From Nemertoderma westbladi (Eukaryota > Animalia > Xenacoelomorpha): DNA of 64,000 nucleotides. The position numbers were made by a program, and so were the translations under genes. Positions within the stretch are counted from its first letter, which is position 1. Every line of letters begins with the position of its first letter. Shown piece after piece: positions 1 to 10,651 of the stretch. Location: the NCBI GenBank assembly GCA_032718475.1, contig JAUCBJ010008167.1, forward strand, positions 3,730 through 67,729, written 5' to 3'. The notes beneath the pieces were generated by a model. That model worked only from the letters and a program-made list of their open reading frames with translations. It had not been told where the DNA came from and searched no databases.

Positions 1-526
1 GGGACGAACTGTGTTGCATCGGAGTGGCAAAGAATGCCCATGCCAGCAGGCTCTGAGGGTGACGTTGGAAGGAAGAGACCGAGGGAGGTAGAAGGGTGAA
101 AGGCTATGGGCAGATACCAGGGCAGAAAGGGACACAGTGGATTAACTGGGCTCCTGTGTTTGGATCCGCTCCCGGCAGGGAAAGAGGAAGAGGACGAGTC
201 TGTGGCGATGCCACTGATAGAGAGGACTGCATACTCGGCAGGGGAAGAGGAGGACAACGAGTTCAGGGCGATGCCGCCAATAGCAAGGATCGGCCACTCG
301 GACACTGACTGGGTGGACGGGAGAGTGATGGCCAGCGGGGGGAGAGCCTTCTGGGACAAACCCCATAAGCGGACCTGGGAGCTGGCAATGGACTTTGCGG
401 TGAGTACGATCCGGCTGGGCGAGCAACCGGGGACGGCACCATGAGTAGTGTTTGGAAAACGATGCCGAGGGTGGAGGAGGACATCGATATGGGTAGGGAA
501 GACAACGTCCAGATGTTTACCTACCA

Positions 527-1198
527 GTGGCTCCACAGACCCAGGAGGCCACGTGGACCCAAGGACGACTTGGGCGGGAGACTATGATACACGGTTGCGA
601 TTACTGTGGGAGATTAACCCATCAGCAAAAGAACTGTCTATACCATTACCAGAAGGGGACGGAGTGTCTTTACTGCCGCGAGTCTACACACAAGATGGGT
701 GCATGTCCGAGGTTGCACAACAAATGTTCGAAGTGCAAGTTTAGAGGGCACTTTGAGTGCCAGTGCGAGTGGATGGACAATGAGGAGAAATTCCACAATT
801 TCGAGGAGTGGGCTAACGTCGGAGTCATGACACGACAAAGGATGATGGCCCAGGAGTTCCAGTGGGGTTTCTTCAACATTAATATAGAAGCCCACCAGCA
901 GATTACCAAGAGGAGACTACCATTCATGGCTGAACATGTGCCGCGTGCGATGAAGAAGATCTTGTGGGACGCTACCAGAGGGAGACAGGAGGGACACTCA
1001 GTGGGACCACCTGGAAAGCGATACCGGGAGTTAATAACACCCGCGCCCAAAGAACCAACAATGGGGCTTGGTAAGACGGTATCAGCAAGGATGAGTAGCC
1101 TCAAGGGTAAACAGGAAGGGAGGAAGCGGCCCAGACAGGATGACGATAGGGGCAAGGAACTTAGATGGTTCCCAGAGGGTGCGGGAGGAGCAATGTAG
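527..1198 (+). pseudogene. C-terminal part of a retroelement accessory protein with three CCHC-type zinc knuckles
   Basis: Motifs CDYCGRLTHQQKNC, CLYCRESTHKMGAC and CSKCKFRGHFECQC, then FEEWA..RQR..WGFF, colinear with ORF 8942-10651. The upstream frame is broken by TAG stops. Confidence 0.7.
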
Positions 1199-1906
1199 AA
1201 TTCCAAGACAGGCGATGTCAATGTGCCTGGAAGGCACCACATGGACACACCAGTACAAACTCCTAAGTGCAATTTGACTACATGCAATTAGTATGTATGT
1301 AGGTAAATAATCAATATATACATATATATATCCAATATATATCCAATATATAATCAGTATATACCTATCATAGTCGAATAAAACCTTTTCCAATTAGCTA
1401 CTGGGACTGGGGACTAATTGACTGAAACAGGAGGACGGGACAATGACGTATCTCACTGACATGCTGTACACATGCGTGGGACCCGATAAGAGTGTGAGGA
1501 GAGTGACAGCGCAAACAGGTTGAGTATGGGGGAGTATGGGGAGGGGGTGTTAGGGTATGAGGAATTAAAAATGTGCGAGACTCAAGTGTGGGGAGCGAGC
1601 ATAGAGAGGGATGAGTCCCAAGGGACTGGCGAGAGAGGAAGGGACAACAAAGTCCGAGAGGTCAAATTGTGTGAGGAGTGAGGGCAATCGTCTAAAAAAG
1701 AGACGCCAGATGCCTTGGTACAGCTTAGCTCGCAGATGTACCAAGGATGGGTAGTGATAACAGACCCATGAGGGCCGGACTGGAAAGCCGACCTCGAGAA
1801 GAAAATTCCACCCCACATCCAATATTAGATTGGATTCCAGCGGAATTGAAGAGCACATAAGGTTGATGCTATCTTCTCACCGGGAAAATAGCATGGGGGG
1901 GAGGAG

Positions 1907-2441
1907 TGTAAGCAGATTCAATTCCCTGCACTACCCACCGAAAATTGGACTAGTGGCATTTTACCAATTATAGTTGGGAAGGTGACATTACCAATAATAA
2001 TGTCACCTCATAACCAAGTAAGGCGATACACATCGCCAGCCACAGGGAAAGTTGAGAGGTCAACCATCTCAGAGGGACAAAGGGGTTAGCAAGGCTAGCA
2101 CATGGGGACAGTGGCAACAGAGAGTGGCGAGGTGACAATTAATCAGGTTAAGCCAATGATTGGTGGGGAAAACACATTGGAAGTGATTAGAGCGCATCTA
2201 TTGGAGAGGCCACTCAGTAGAGTAGAGGTGATTAATATGTGTTAATAATATAACCGTTGCACTTATTGATTCTGATTCAGTTGGTTTCTATACAGTTGTA
2301 AGACCGGAACAGTTTTTAACCGTCGTCATTACCATGCTATTATATTTTGACTGTGCTATTATTACGTTCTTTGATTACAACTGACAGTAAGAACTCAGTT
2401 ATTTCAACGGCCTTCGGCCTATTATATATATCCAGACTACA
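1907..2441 (+). repeat. Putative 3' LTR (TG...CA)
   Basis: Starts TGTA immediately after the PPT and ends TACA. Both ends resemble those of the LTR-like sequence at 48762-49804 (minus). Confidence 0.55.
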
Positions 2442-3372
2442 GCTTTAGCAGCCTACGGACGCGGCGACGCCTATAACACACACCAGTCGGGATCCATACT
2501 GCCAACTCCAAGATCCCGTCACAGTTTTGGTTTGAAAATCCCGCTTCTGTAACCTGCTCCTTTCCCTGATTTGGTAAAGTGACCGTTTATTGTTTGATGT
2601 CAAGAAATCAACAAATTTTGAATGTTTTGGCAAAGGCATGTTGAAGTAAACTGTCTGACAGTCCGGAAATCAGCAGTCTGACAGTTTGAAGAAATACATA
2701 CATAAAAAGTCATTAAAGGGACAATAAAGTCATTATGCACAATTCGTAAAAAAGGCGGACAAAAAAAGTCAAATAAACAGACATAAAAAATCACTGCCTT
2801 TTACTTTGTAGACTATCTCTGGTATATTGAATCAGTAGAGTGGTCTTTATGCATTGACAAATAGACTATATATATATATATAAAATAATATGAAAATGAA
2901 TATATATATATATATAAAGTTTACTATAAAATTCTAAGGAAACCAAGGTTAAATTGAAACAAAACATTGAAAGAACCAATTTAACTGCAGTAAAAATTTT
3001 AATTCATTATACATTAATTAAAATCACTGTATTTATCTTATGGCTGCATATGTTTTACTTATACTAGAACACCAACAAGCTGGTGTTAAACAAACCACCC
3101 CTTCCATCTGAATTTAGAATTTACCATACTAAACGAGATGGTCCATAGAAAAAAAAGTAAGAGGGAAACACCGCTTTTTTTCGCTCATTTTCAGTTTAAC
3201 GAAATTCAACTATTCTGTCTGACTGATTTGAGTACACAAGTTTGAAAGTTTTTGATGCGCAATTGTAATCTAGCTAAAGGTAGATTAGGCTTCAAAATGT
3301 GTAAGATATTATACTGTATGTATAAGTTAATTTACTTTTAAGTGTATGGATGATTAAAAAAAATAAAATATA

Positions 3373-4375
3373 GAGGGTCTTTAGCTGGTTATATTCATTA
3401 ATTAAAGATAACAATAGTAAACGTTTTCGACCAACCTTTCTGCATCAGACTAATGTACTGGCAACTACAGTAACATTTCTAACATGCGCTTTAAGTAGAC
3501 ACCTTATAATCCTATGTAACCTACCTAATCCAATTATACCATTCAGTATGTAGACACATGGCCACTACTCCTGGGATTTCCCTATAATAATAATAATAAT
3601 AATAATGATGCATTTGTATAGCGCCGAATTTACAACAATAGAAGTATGCTAAGGCGCTTACGTCACAAGCAATATAACATTAAAACTAGCAGCGCAAGTA
3701 GTACAGAAATTAAAAAATTATAGTCGTCACTAACGATAAAACGTGCAGTTCTAAATGACTAAAACTTATTACAATCGTTAAAAAGTGGAACAAACAGTAC
3801 AAATTGATATATATACTCGCCGTAAATGAAACGTACAGTAAAAAATATGTAGTAAAAAAATCAATTAGCATAGTTAAAAAGTGTAGTTGACGGACGTACT
3901 GAAACAATAAAAACGAGCGATGGGGTAATAAAATGAACACAAACACTAAAAAACGCATGAAGAACAAATTAAAAGAAGCTTACAGTTTTTGGAGAGTTGA
4001 TTGAATATCTAGAGTTGGAATAAAATAATTAGAGAGTTCATGTTTTGGAGTTTATTTATATGCAATTTCAAAAAGATGTGCTCTATCAGCTTTTCCCAAC
4101 CTTATAACCCAACCTGCAACCCTATATTTGTACTTTAGATTGACCGCTTACAACTAACTCGTGTATTTTCCCTATCACAATTACCTTACGTTATACAGTA
4201 CATACATGCACGTTAACCTTTCTGGGATTCACCTATCAGGGATCACCTTTAAAACTTATATATATATATATAGACCCCCACCTTTTCCTGTTAGTTGCCA
4301 GTACATAGTCTGATGCACGAAAACGTTTACTATTGTATCTTTATCTAATATAATATAACCAGCTAAAGACCCTCA
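3373..4375. repeat. Inverted pair of ~90-bp repeats (3373-3470 and 4288-4375), each with a degenerate hammerhead-like motif; possibly a Penelope-like relic
   Basis: GAGGGTCTTTAGCTGGTTATATT...CTGGCAACTA recurs as its reverse complement. Each copy contains TAGT-CTGATG...CGAAAACGTTT-ACTA. Confidence 0.55.
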
Positions 4376-6125
4376 ATACTTTATATTTTTTCTATCATCT
4401 ATACAATATGTTACCGCTGGTGAATGCCTACCACTTCATTCGTTCGTATACTTTTAAATTCGAGGGTTGGTCGAAATTATGGGACATTAGACAATAAGAA
4501 ATCAAGAAATGGAATGAACGTGTTGTTTAATAATTTCAATACTTTCCCATAATTTCCGTGAAACTTCGCCATTTGAAGAAATTTGAAGAACTCATATTGT
4601 CGAGTGTTAAGTCGATCGATAACTACTTTATCATATTGTTTGTAGAATAGTGTATTCCCTGTACTACCAACACTATGCGGAATATATTACTTTACCGCCT
4701 ACTGTGTATTGTATGTACAGTACACTGCTGGAGTTATATCACAACCCATAATGCTCTGTATAATAACCAATACTTACTACCTATAATAATATCACCAGCT
4801 GATACCCAAAAGTTAGTGTTTCATTATTTATTGTTTGTTATTATGTTGTACTGTATATTAAAAAGACGCTTAAAAATAAATTATTACTACAAAATAAAAA
4901 ATATAATTATAATAATAAAATAATAAAATATAAATGATGATAGTTAATGATAGATTAGTTAGATTAAACTAACTAAAATAGAAATAATAGAAATAATAAT
5001 GGTATAATTTTATTTATAATCAAATTATTATTATTATGTATAGATATATTCCACCACCAGCTGATGTTACTTAGGTTACAAAACATAAACAGGGTACAAA
5101 CATAAAAAAGATAATAAAATAAAATATAAATAATAAAAAACGTAATTAATTTATCTTAATCACATACCATATTTAACAAATTCGAGGTTACAATTTACAG
5201 AACACCTAAGGCAGTCCGGCTCCAAGCGGCACTTAGCACAAGAGGCACTTTAGATTTGCGAGTAGCCACTTATAGTTCAGTCCAGTCACATTTTATGCAG
5301 CCCGCTTGCAGCTAATTCGAAATAATTCCTGACAGTCAGTCTGTCAATGTAAATGTTATCAGCTACATTCAACGGCAGTGAAGCACACACACCCCGACTT
5401 TTGGAAAACGGCAAAAGTATAATTATAACAGTTCGCTTATGGCTTGCAGTTTTGACTCGCCCCATAGCCATGTCTGTCTTTCTGTCTTGGAGCTCCAACA
5501 GCAAAGGTCCCATAACCTTTGCGGAATCGATTGTGATTTCCAAGTACAGTAAAAGTCTCTCAATGCGATCCCTGGTGCCATTTAATATAATTATAATTAA
5601 CCTGTCTTTAGCCTAGGTACTAGGTAGTTTTTGTCTAAAGCTGAGGCCGGCAAAAACACGATGGATGTATGTATATTATGGTGTATGGATATGTGTATGT
5701 ATGTATGATAACAACCAAATGGTTTCAAACTATTTGCATGTATTGGAAAATTGTATTAGCATAAATAATTATCAAGATTAAGGAACAGGAAATTAAATAA
5801 CCACAACTACTCTTTCACAGCTGAATAACATTTCACTACTTATTGTCAATTGGAGTTACGTACATTAATTATATAGTTAATTATTATTCTATCTGTATTC
5901 AATCAGTTAGTGTAATGTCAAGCAGTACATCATTTATATACCGTATGTATCTATAGGGCCTATTGTCATCTTTATAATACTGTCATCAACTCAGGTTAAG
6001 GTCAATTGTAAAAGAAAAGGGCTTAGTATATCTGGGCTGGGACGTTTACAACAGCTGTCGATTAAACTAACAAAACTAGAAAACTTAACCAGGGTCCCAG
6101 CCGGGTACCAACGGCTGTTGGGTAG

Positions 6126-8038
6126 TATTAGAAGAGACAGTAACAATACCTGCAATATCCTACTGTAAAGTTTGTGAATCAAATCATAAATCCGGCCTTC
6201 TCACCAAAACAGTAAACTCTAAGTAAGCGAATATATTGCAGTATCTATCTCTTATAACCGGTGAGGCAGAAAACAGTCTACGAGCAGACAAACTTCGATA
6301 AAACAAAATCCCGCGCAGCGAATCCTAAAATCAGGCTGACTCACTGACGGACTAAGGGGCTCGTATACTTTGCCGCGGTGTGATTTATATGGTTGGGCTA
6401 AAGAGACGCTAGCTAGGTACAGAGGCAGACATTTGGAGATGTCTAACTAGCGGGCAAAGCGCAGTACGGACAAAAGTTAATTTTATATATTTTGAGGTGT
6501 AAATAATATCTAACGCGCGTGTGTGATTCTGAACAGTCAAAGCAGTTTTGCTCCTTCATATATATAATTACTGGGTACGGTGTACATTTTACGAATATTC
6601 TAATTTTGTAACTTGTAGGTCCAATACTCACGAATGATAAGGTTCCTTCCCCTCTTGCGTATTTCCAGGACTCAAATTCAGGCATAAGGTTAATGCTACG
6701 CCCAGAATTCGGCAATTTTAATTTACCAGGCCCCTAATACTAAGAAGAAATGTGTTAGTTTACTACAGTAGGCGTACGGTTACAAATAGCTATCCTGGCT
6801 CTTATCTAGAATTTTAGTCACCTAGGTAGGCTGGGTAACTTCCTATCAGGACGTTGGCGGGGACACGGCAGATGTTAGTATATCCCTAATAGCCTCAATT
6901 TATTTGCGCCTAGTCGTAAACTGCCCTACCGCCTGAACGGTACAATCCTAATTTAGGTGAAACACAGCAACCCTCCTAGCCTACAAGTTCTAATGCAATG
7001 GACACCGTTGTACTACAAATAGTCGCAGACGCACCTGTACTTAGCAAGAGTTAGGCGTACAGTTTGCTGCACCCTACCAATGTGTATGCTTTGTACCGGT
7101 GTGCCTACGTCCTATCTGCGTACTAGTATCTGCCTGCTCTTTCCCTCCCCCCGTAGGAATATGAAGGTCTACTGCGGTTTTTTCCTGAATTAAAACAGTA
7201 CAGTCCCTAAGATGTAATTTTAGGCGTACAGCGTGTCACTACTTCTACCTTTGATCTTTGGTCTTACGCTTAGGTAGCAAGGCGTCGAACGCTGTCTAAC
7301 CTTTCAGGCGATGGGCGAATAACTGAGATGGTATTGCGGGTTGTCTCCTGTCTACATTCCCTTGATGTTCCCGTTCATTGCTGCGGCCCGATCTATAGCC
7401 GGCCATCCTGTTCCTAAGTGTGTTCACCGTAGTGAATCATGGTGAAAAGAAAAGCAGGTAGCGGTATTTCTGAATTTATTGCAGATAATAATACAAAATG
7501 TAATCTGAAAACTAATGACAGAATAAACAAATATCAGATAACTCAGAATAATTGTGAGAGATAGATATACTGAAGATTGAGAAGTGAACTAATGAACGAA
7601 ATCGCACCTTTTATACCAAATTTGTGCCGCAATCAATCGAGAAAATTCTCGATTGTTCTATAGGTTCTAACAGGTTTTTAAAGATAGCTATTGGTCCAGC
7701 TAATATATAACTTGCACGACATTGGTTACAATCTAATAACTGCAGTCTCATTGGTTAATCTAGGTACAGACAAATGCAATTTAATTTGTAGCGGTCAATT
7801 TAAATGAGTTGAAATTCTGTACAAAAAATAAATCGCACTTACTAGGATTCGAACTCAATACCTACTACACATATAATTTCCAACGCTCTACCGACTGAGC
7901 TACTGAACCACTTGACTAAAGATCGTACAATAGATATAACAAATACAAATGAGGACTCAAAGCAATCTTTTAGCAAAGTTAATTCGAATAAAAATAAAAT
8001 TTTGAAAATCCACGGCATTTAGGGAATATAATTCTATA
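6126..8038 (-). repeat. 3' LTR (1913 bp)
   Basis: About 11 substitutions versus 23038-24950 by manual comparison. Preceded on the minus strand by a short purine-rich tract GGAGCGG (8045-8039). Confidence 0.95.
7823..7909 (-). ncRNA. tRNA-like Pol III unit inside the LTR (copies at 24735-24821 minus and 28215-28298 plus)
   Basis: A box TAGCTCAGTCGG, B box GAGTTCGAATCC and a downstream TTTTTT. No convincing cloverleaf or anticodon arm. Confidence 0.55.
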
Positions 8039-8941
8039 CCGCTCCATGAAAACAGGATATTATCGTGCATAAAATATACAGTTTTCACCAATAATCAATC
8101 AAACTATAGAATACTTAGGGCGTACTTACATATTTACAATTAAATTTCACAATACTTCCTTTCTACATAATGATTCGATACAAAATAATTACAAATTCAA
8201 ACTTTACGTATTTAAGGCTTTACTAAGTAAGTACAATATAAATCTAAATTAAATTCACCAATATAAATCTATTGCATCTCAATATTGCATAAATTCAAAC
8301 AATTACAAATACAAATAAATGAAAATCATAAGAAAGGCTCGCGAGTCTTCCATCTACTATTGCATCTCAAATATTGCATAAATTCAAATAATTACAAATA
8401 CTTTCGTGCCTAAATGTAGATTGCATAAGTTCGGAATAATTACAAATATGAGTCTTTCTAAGCACAAAACTTTCTAACTATAAACTTTCTAAATACAAAA
8501 TATAACACTGTACAAATGAAACTATAAGAAAGGCCCACGAGTCTTCCATCTACTCTTACTTTCTATTTCACTGTAAATACAAATACTGCTTATAAGATAT
8601 AAATTGCATAATATTCGGAACAATATAAATTGCATAAGTTCGGAATAATCACAAATATAAAATATAAATTCTTACAAAATATAAATCTTACTAAATATAA
8701 ATCTTACTAAATATAGATATAAACTGCATAAGTTTAGAATAATATAAACTCCTTTGCATCTCAAATATGAAACATAAATCTTTCAAATATGAGTTCCTTC
8801 TAAATATAAACTTTCTAAATTTCAAAAATTCGGAACAATACAAATTGCATAAGTTCAGATAAATATAAAAAATATAACTCAAATAAATCACAAATTCACA
8901 AGAAAGGCTCACGAGTCTTCCGTCCACCCTTGCCCTTCCTT

Positions 8942-10651
8942 TTATCGCTTAGTTGATCGAGCCCTGCCGCGTCCTCGAAAACTGCGCACAGGTGACTTTG
9001 CTCGCGATATGGGACTCGTGGGGCGAGTCACTGGTTTCGTTTGGACGTTGAGAGACGGTGCGACTATTTCCTCGCAAATTCGTCTATTTGGCATCCCAAA
9101 ACCTCGACCGATTCCTCGTGACCGATCAGTTGTCACTACAGTTGGTAGAACGTCTGGGAACTCGCGAGAAGCGGACGACGCAGACCCAAGAGCAGCTTGC
9201 GCCCCCTTTTGATCAGCTGGTGTGTGTCCCGATCCTCCTGTTGGTTCTCTAGGAAGCGATACCGTATCCCGAGTAATTCGAATAGTCGGCTCAACTCCCT
9301 TGCGTTCTTCTATATTAATAGACTTCTTTAACTGTTGGCCCACTTTCTGGACCCGTATGATCCTACCCTGTCCGTCCTCCCGAGGGTGACGTGCAGACGG
9401 CGCAACCGGAGTGGCTGGTATATTTTTCGCCTCTAGGACCTCCTCTTCCTCGAATACGCTCGCTCGTATACGTTTGTGGTAAAACGCGGCTCGGTACGCC
9501 CATGCGACGGTTAACCAAGCTCCTTTATTCCGCTTTTCAGTTCGGAAACGATCGAATTCACCATACGTGATGCGATTAACGACTTTCTGAAAATTCCACG
9601 TGTTTTTGTTATCCGGGTGAATCTGTAATAGATACTCGCGCACTACTCGGAATCCACTGTCGTGGGGCAAAATATCGACTACCTCGATAAGTTCGTCATA
9701 TTGGGGCATAGCGGAGATGTATCCTTCCGACATCATCGTTTGGGGATTTACCGCCCAAAATCCAAGATGCGCCCTCATCGGAAATCGTCTTCTTTGTGCC
9801 GATACATGTTCGTCGGCTAAATCTTCCCACTCATCGAATAATTTTCTCACGAGTTTTACAGATTCGTGTTCATAGGGTATGTCTCTCAGTTGGCATTCAG
9901 ATGCTCGATGCCCTTTTATATTGCAATAAGTACATTGAGCCATAAATCTCCAGCAAGTATAAAAGGTATGAGACCCTTGATCTCCACACCATCCACAGAT
10001 TAGCTGAGTCGTAGTAATGTGCTTTCCACTACACTTTGTCATATGATGTCCAGCGACGCCACATTTACCACACATCGTATTGGCAGGGTACCACACTCGT
10101 TCATATATAAGATCTCCAATCGGTCGAGCGCTTCCGCCCACACTATAATCGTAATCATCTGGATCTATGGGTTGGTAGGTTTCTGAGGGTTGTATACAAA
10201 CTATAGCATCTGTTGCTTCAAGTTGTCGAATCTCCGTCTGAGATTTCTTCGGGAGGTTCCTTTCTATCTCAAGAAGTTCCTCTAAAGGATCGTCAGTGAT
10301 CGTAGTAGTTACTTCGAAATCATCACCAAGGTGACCGATAGGAGCGCGCGTCTGCCGTGATTCATCCGTAATCTCCACGATACGTTCTCCTTCATAGGGT
10401 AACAATGTAAACATAGATGGTCTTTCGATAAGAGATCCCGCACAGCGAAGATATACGTCTCGAAATATACTAAATCCTGCTCGAGTAAAGGCATTACGCT
10501 GAGCGTCGGAGTTGTAGAAGGGTTCAAGGAATCGTCTAAACACGTCGGTATGAATTCTCCCTTCCATGTAGAACGTATGATCTTCTCCGAGACAAAGTGG
10601 ATGTCTTTTGAGAGTCCGAGACACAATGTCGGCGATTAGGCAAACATTCAC
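8942..10651 (-). CDS. Accessory ORF, C-terminal part: three CCHC-like zinc knuckles and a basic RG-rich tail
   Basis: Motifs CGKCGVAGHHMTKC, CGWCGDQGSHTFYTC and CTYCNIKGHRASEC; ends RGRGRARSTKR. Overlaps the upstream ORF in the +1 frame and starts with GTG, so it is probably one frameshifted gene with 10536-12650. Confidence 0.75.
   Translation of the reverse strand: MNVCLIADIVSRTLKRHPLCLGEDHTFYMEGRIHTDVFRRFLEPFYNSDAQRNAFTRAGFSIFRDVYLRCAGSLIERPSMFTLLPYEGERIVEITDESRQTRAPIGHLGDDFEVTTTITDDPLEELLEIERNLPKKSQTEIRQLEATDAIVCIQPSETYQPIDPDDYDYSVGGSARPIGDLIYERVWYPANTMCGKCGVAGHHMTKCSGKHITTTQLICGWCGDQGSHTFYTCWRFMAQCTYCNIKGHRASECQLRDIPYEHESVKLVRKLFDEWEDLADEHVSAQRRRFPMRAHLGFWAVNPQTMMSEGYISAMPQYDELIEVVDILPHDSGFRVVREYLLQIHPDNKNTWNFQKVVNRITYGEFDRFRTEKRNKGAWLTVAWAYRAAFYHKRIRASVFEEEEVLEAKNIPATPVAPSARHPREDGQGRIIRVQKVGQQLKKSINIEERKGVEPTIRITRDTVSLPREPTGGSGHTPADQKGAQAALGSASSASREFPDVLPTVVTTDRSRGIGRGFGMPNRRICEEIVAPSLNVQTKPVTRPTSPISRAKSPVRSFRGRGRARSTKR

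Larger units (their letters stand above)
1..2441 (+). mobile_element. 3' end of an LTR retrotransposon (accessory zinc-knuckle ORF, PPT, 3' LTR), truncated by the window start
   Basis: GC-richer, coding-like DNA with a CCHC ORF, then a purine tract GGGGGGGAGGAG (1895-1906) directly followed by TGTAAG (1907). The likely LTR end is ...CCAGACTACA at 2441; an alternative end is ...TATACA at 2294. Confidence 0.65.

Noticed and set aside
5200-5616. Possible Cys-rich transposase remnant
   Set aside because: Too degenerate to support a call by eye.
6443-6715. 90-aa ORF inside both LTRs (also 23355-23627)
   Set aside because: It has a TTG start and no recognisable domain, and the frame is broken by indels in the solo LTR.
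7836-7909. Functional tRNA gene
   Set aside because: The acceptor and anticodon stems do not pair convincingly; only the promoter boxes are tRNA-like.
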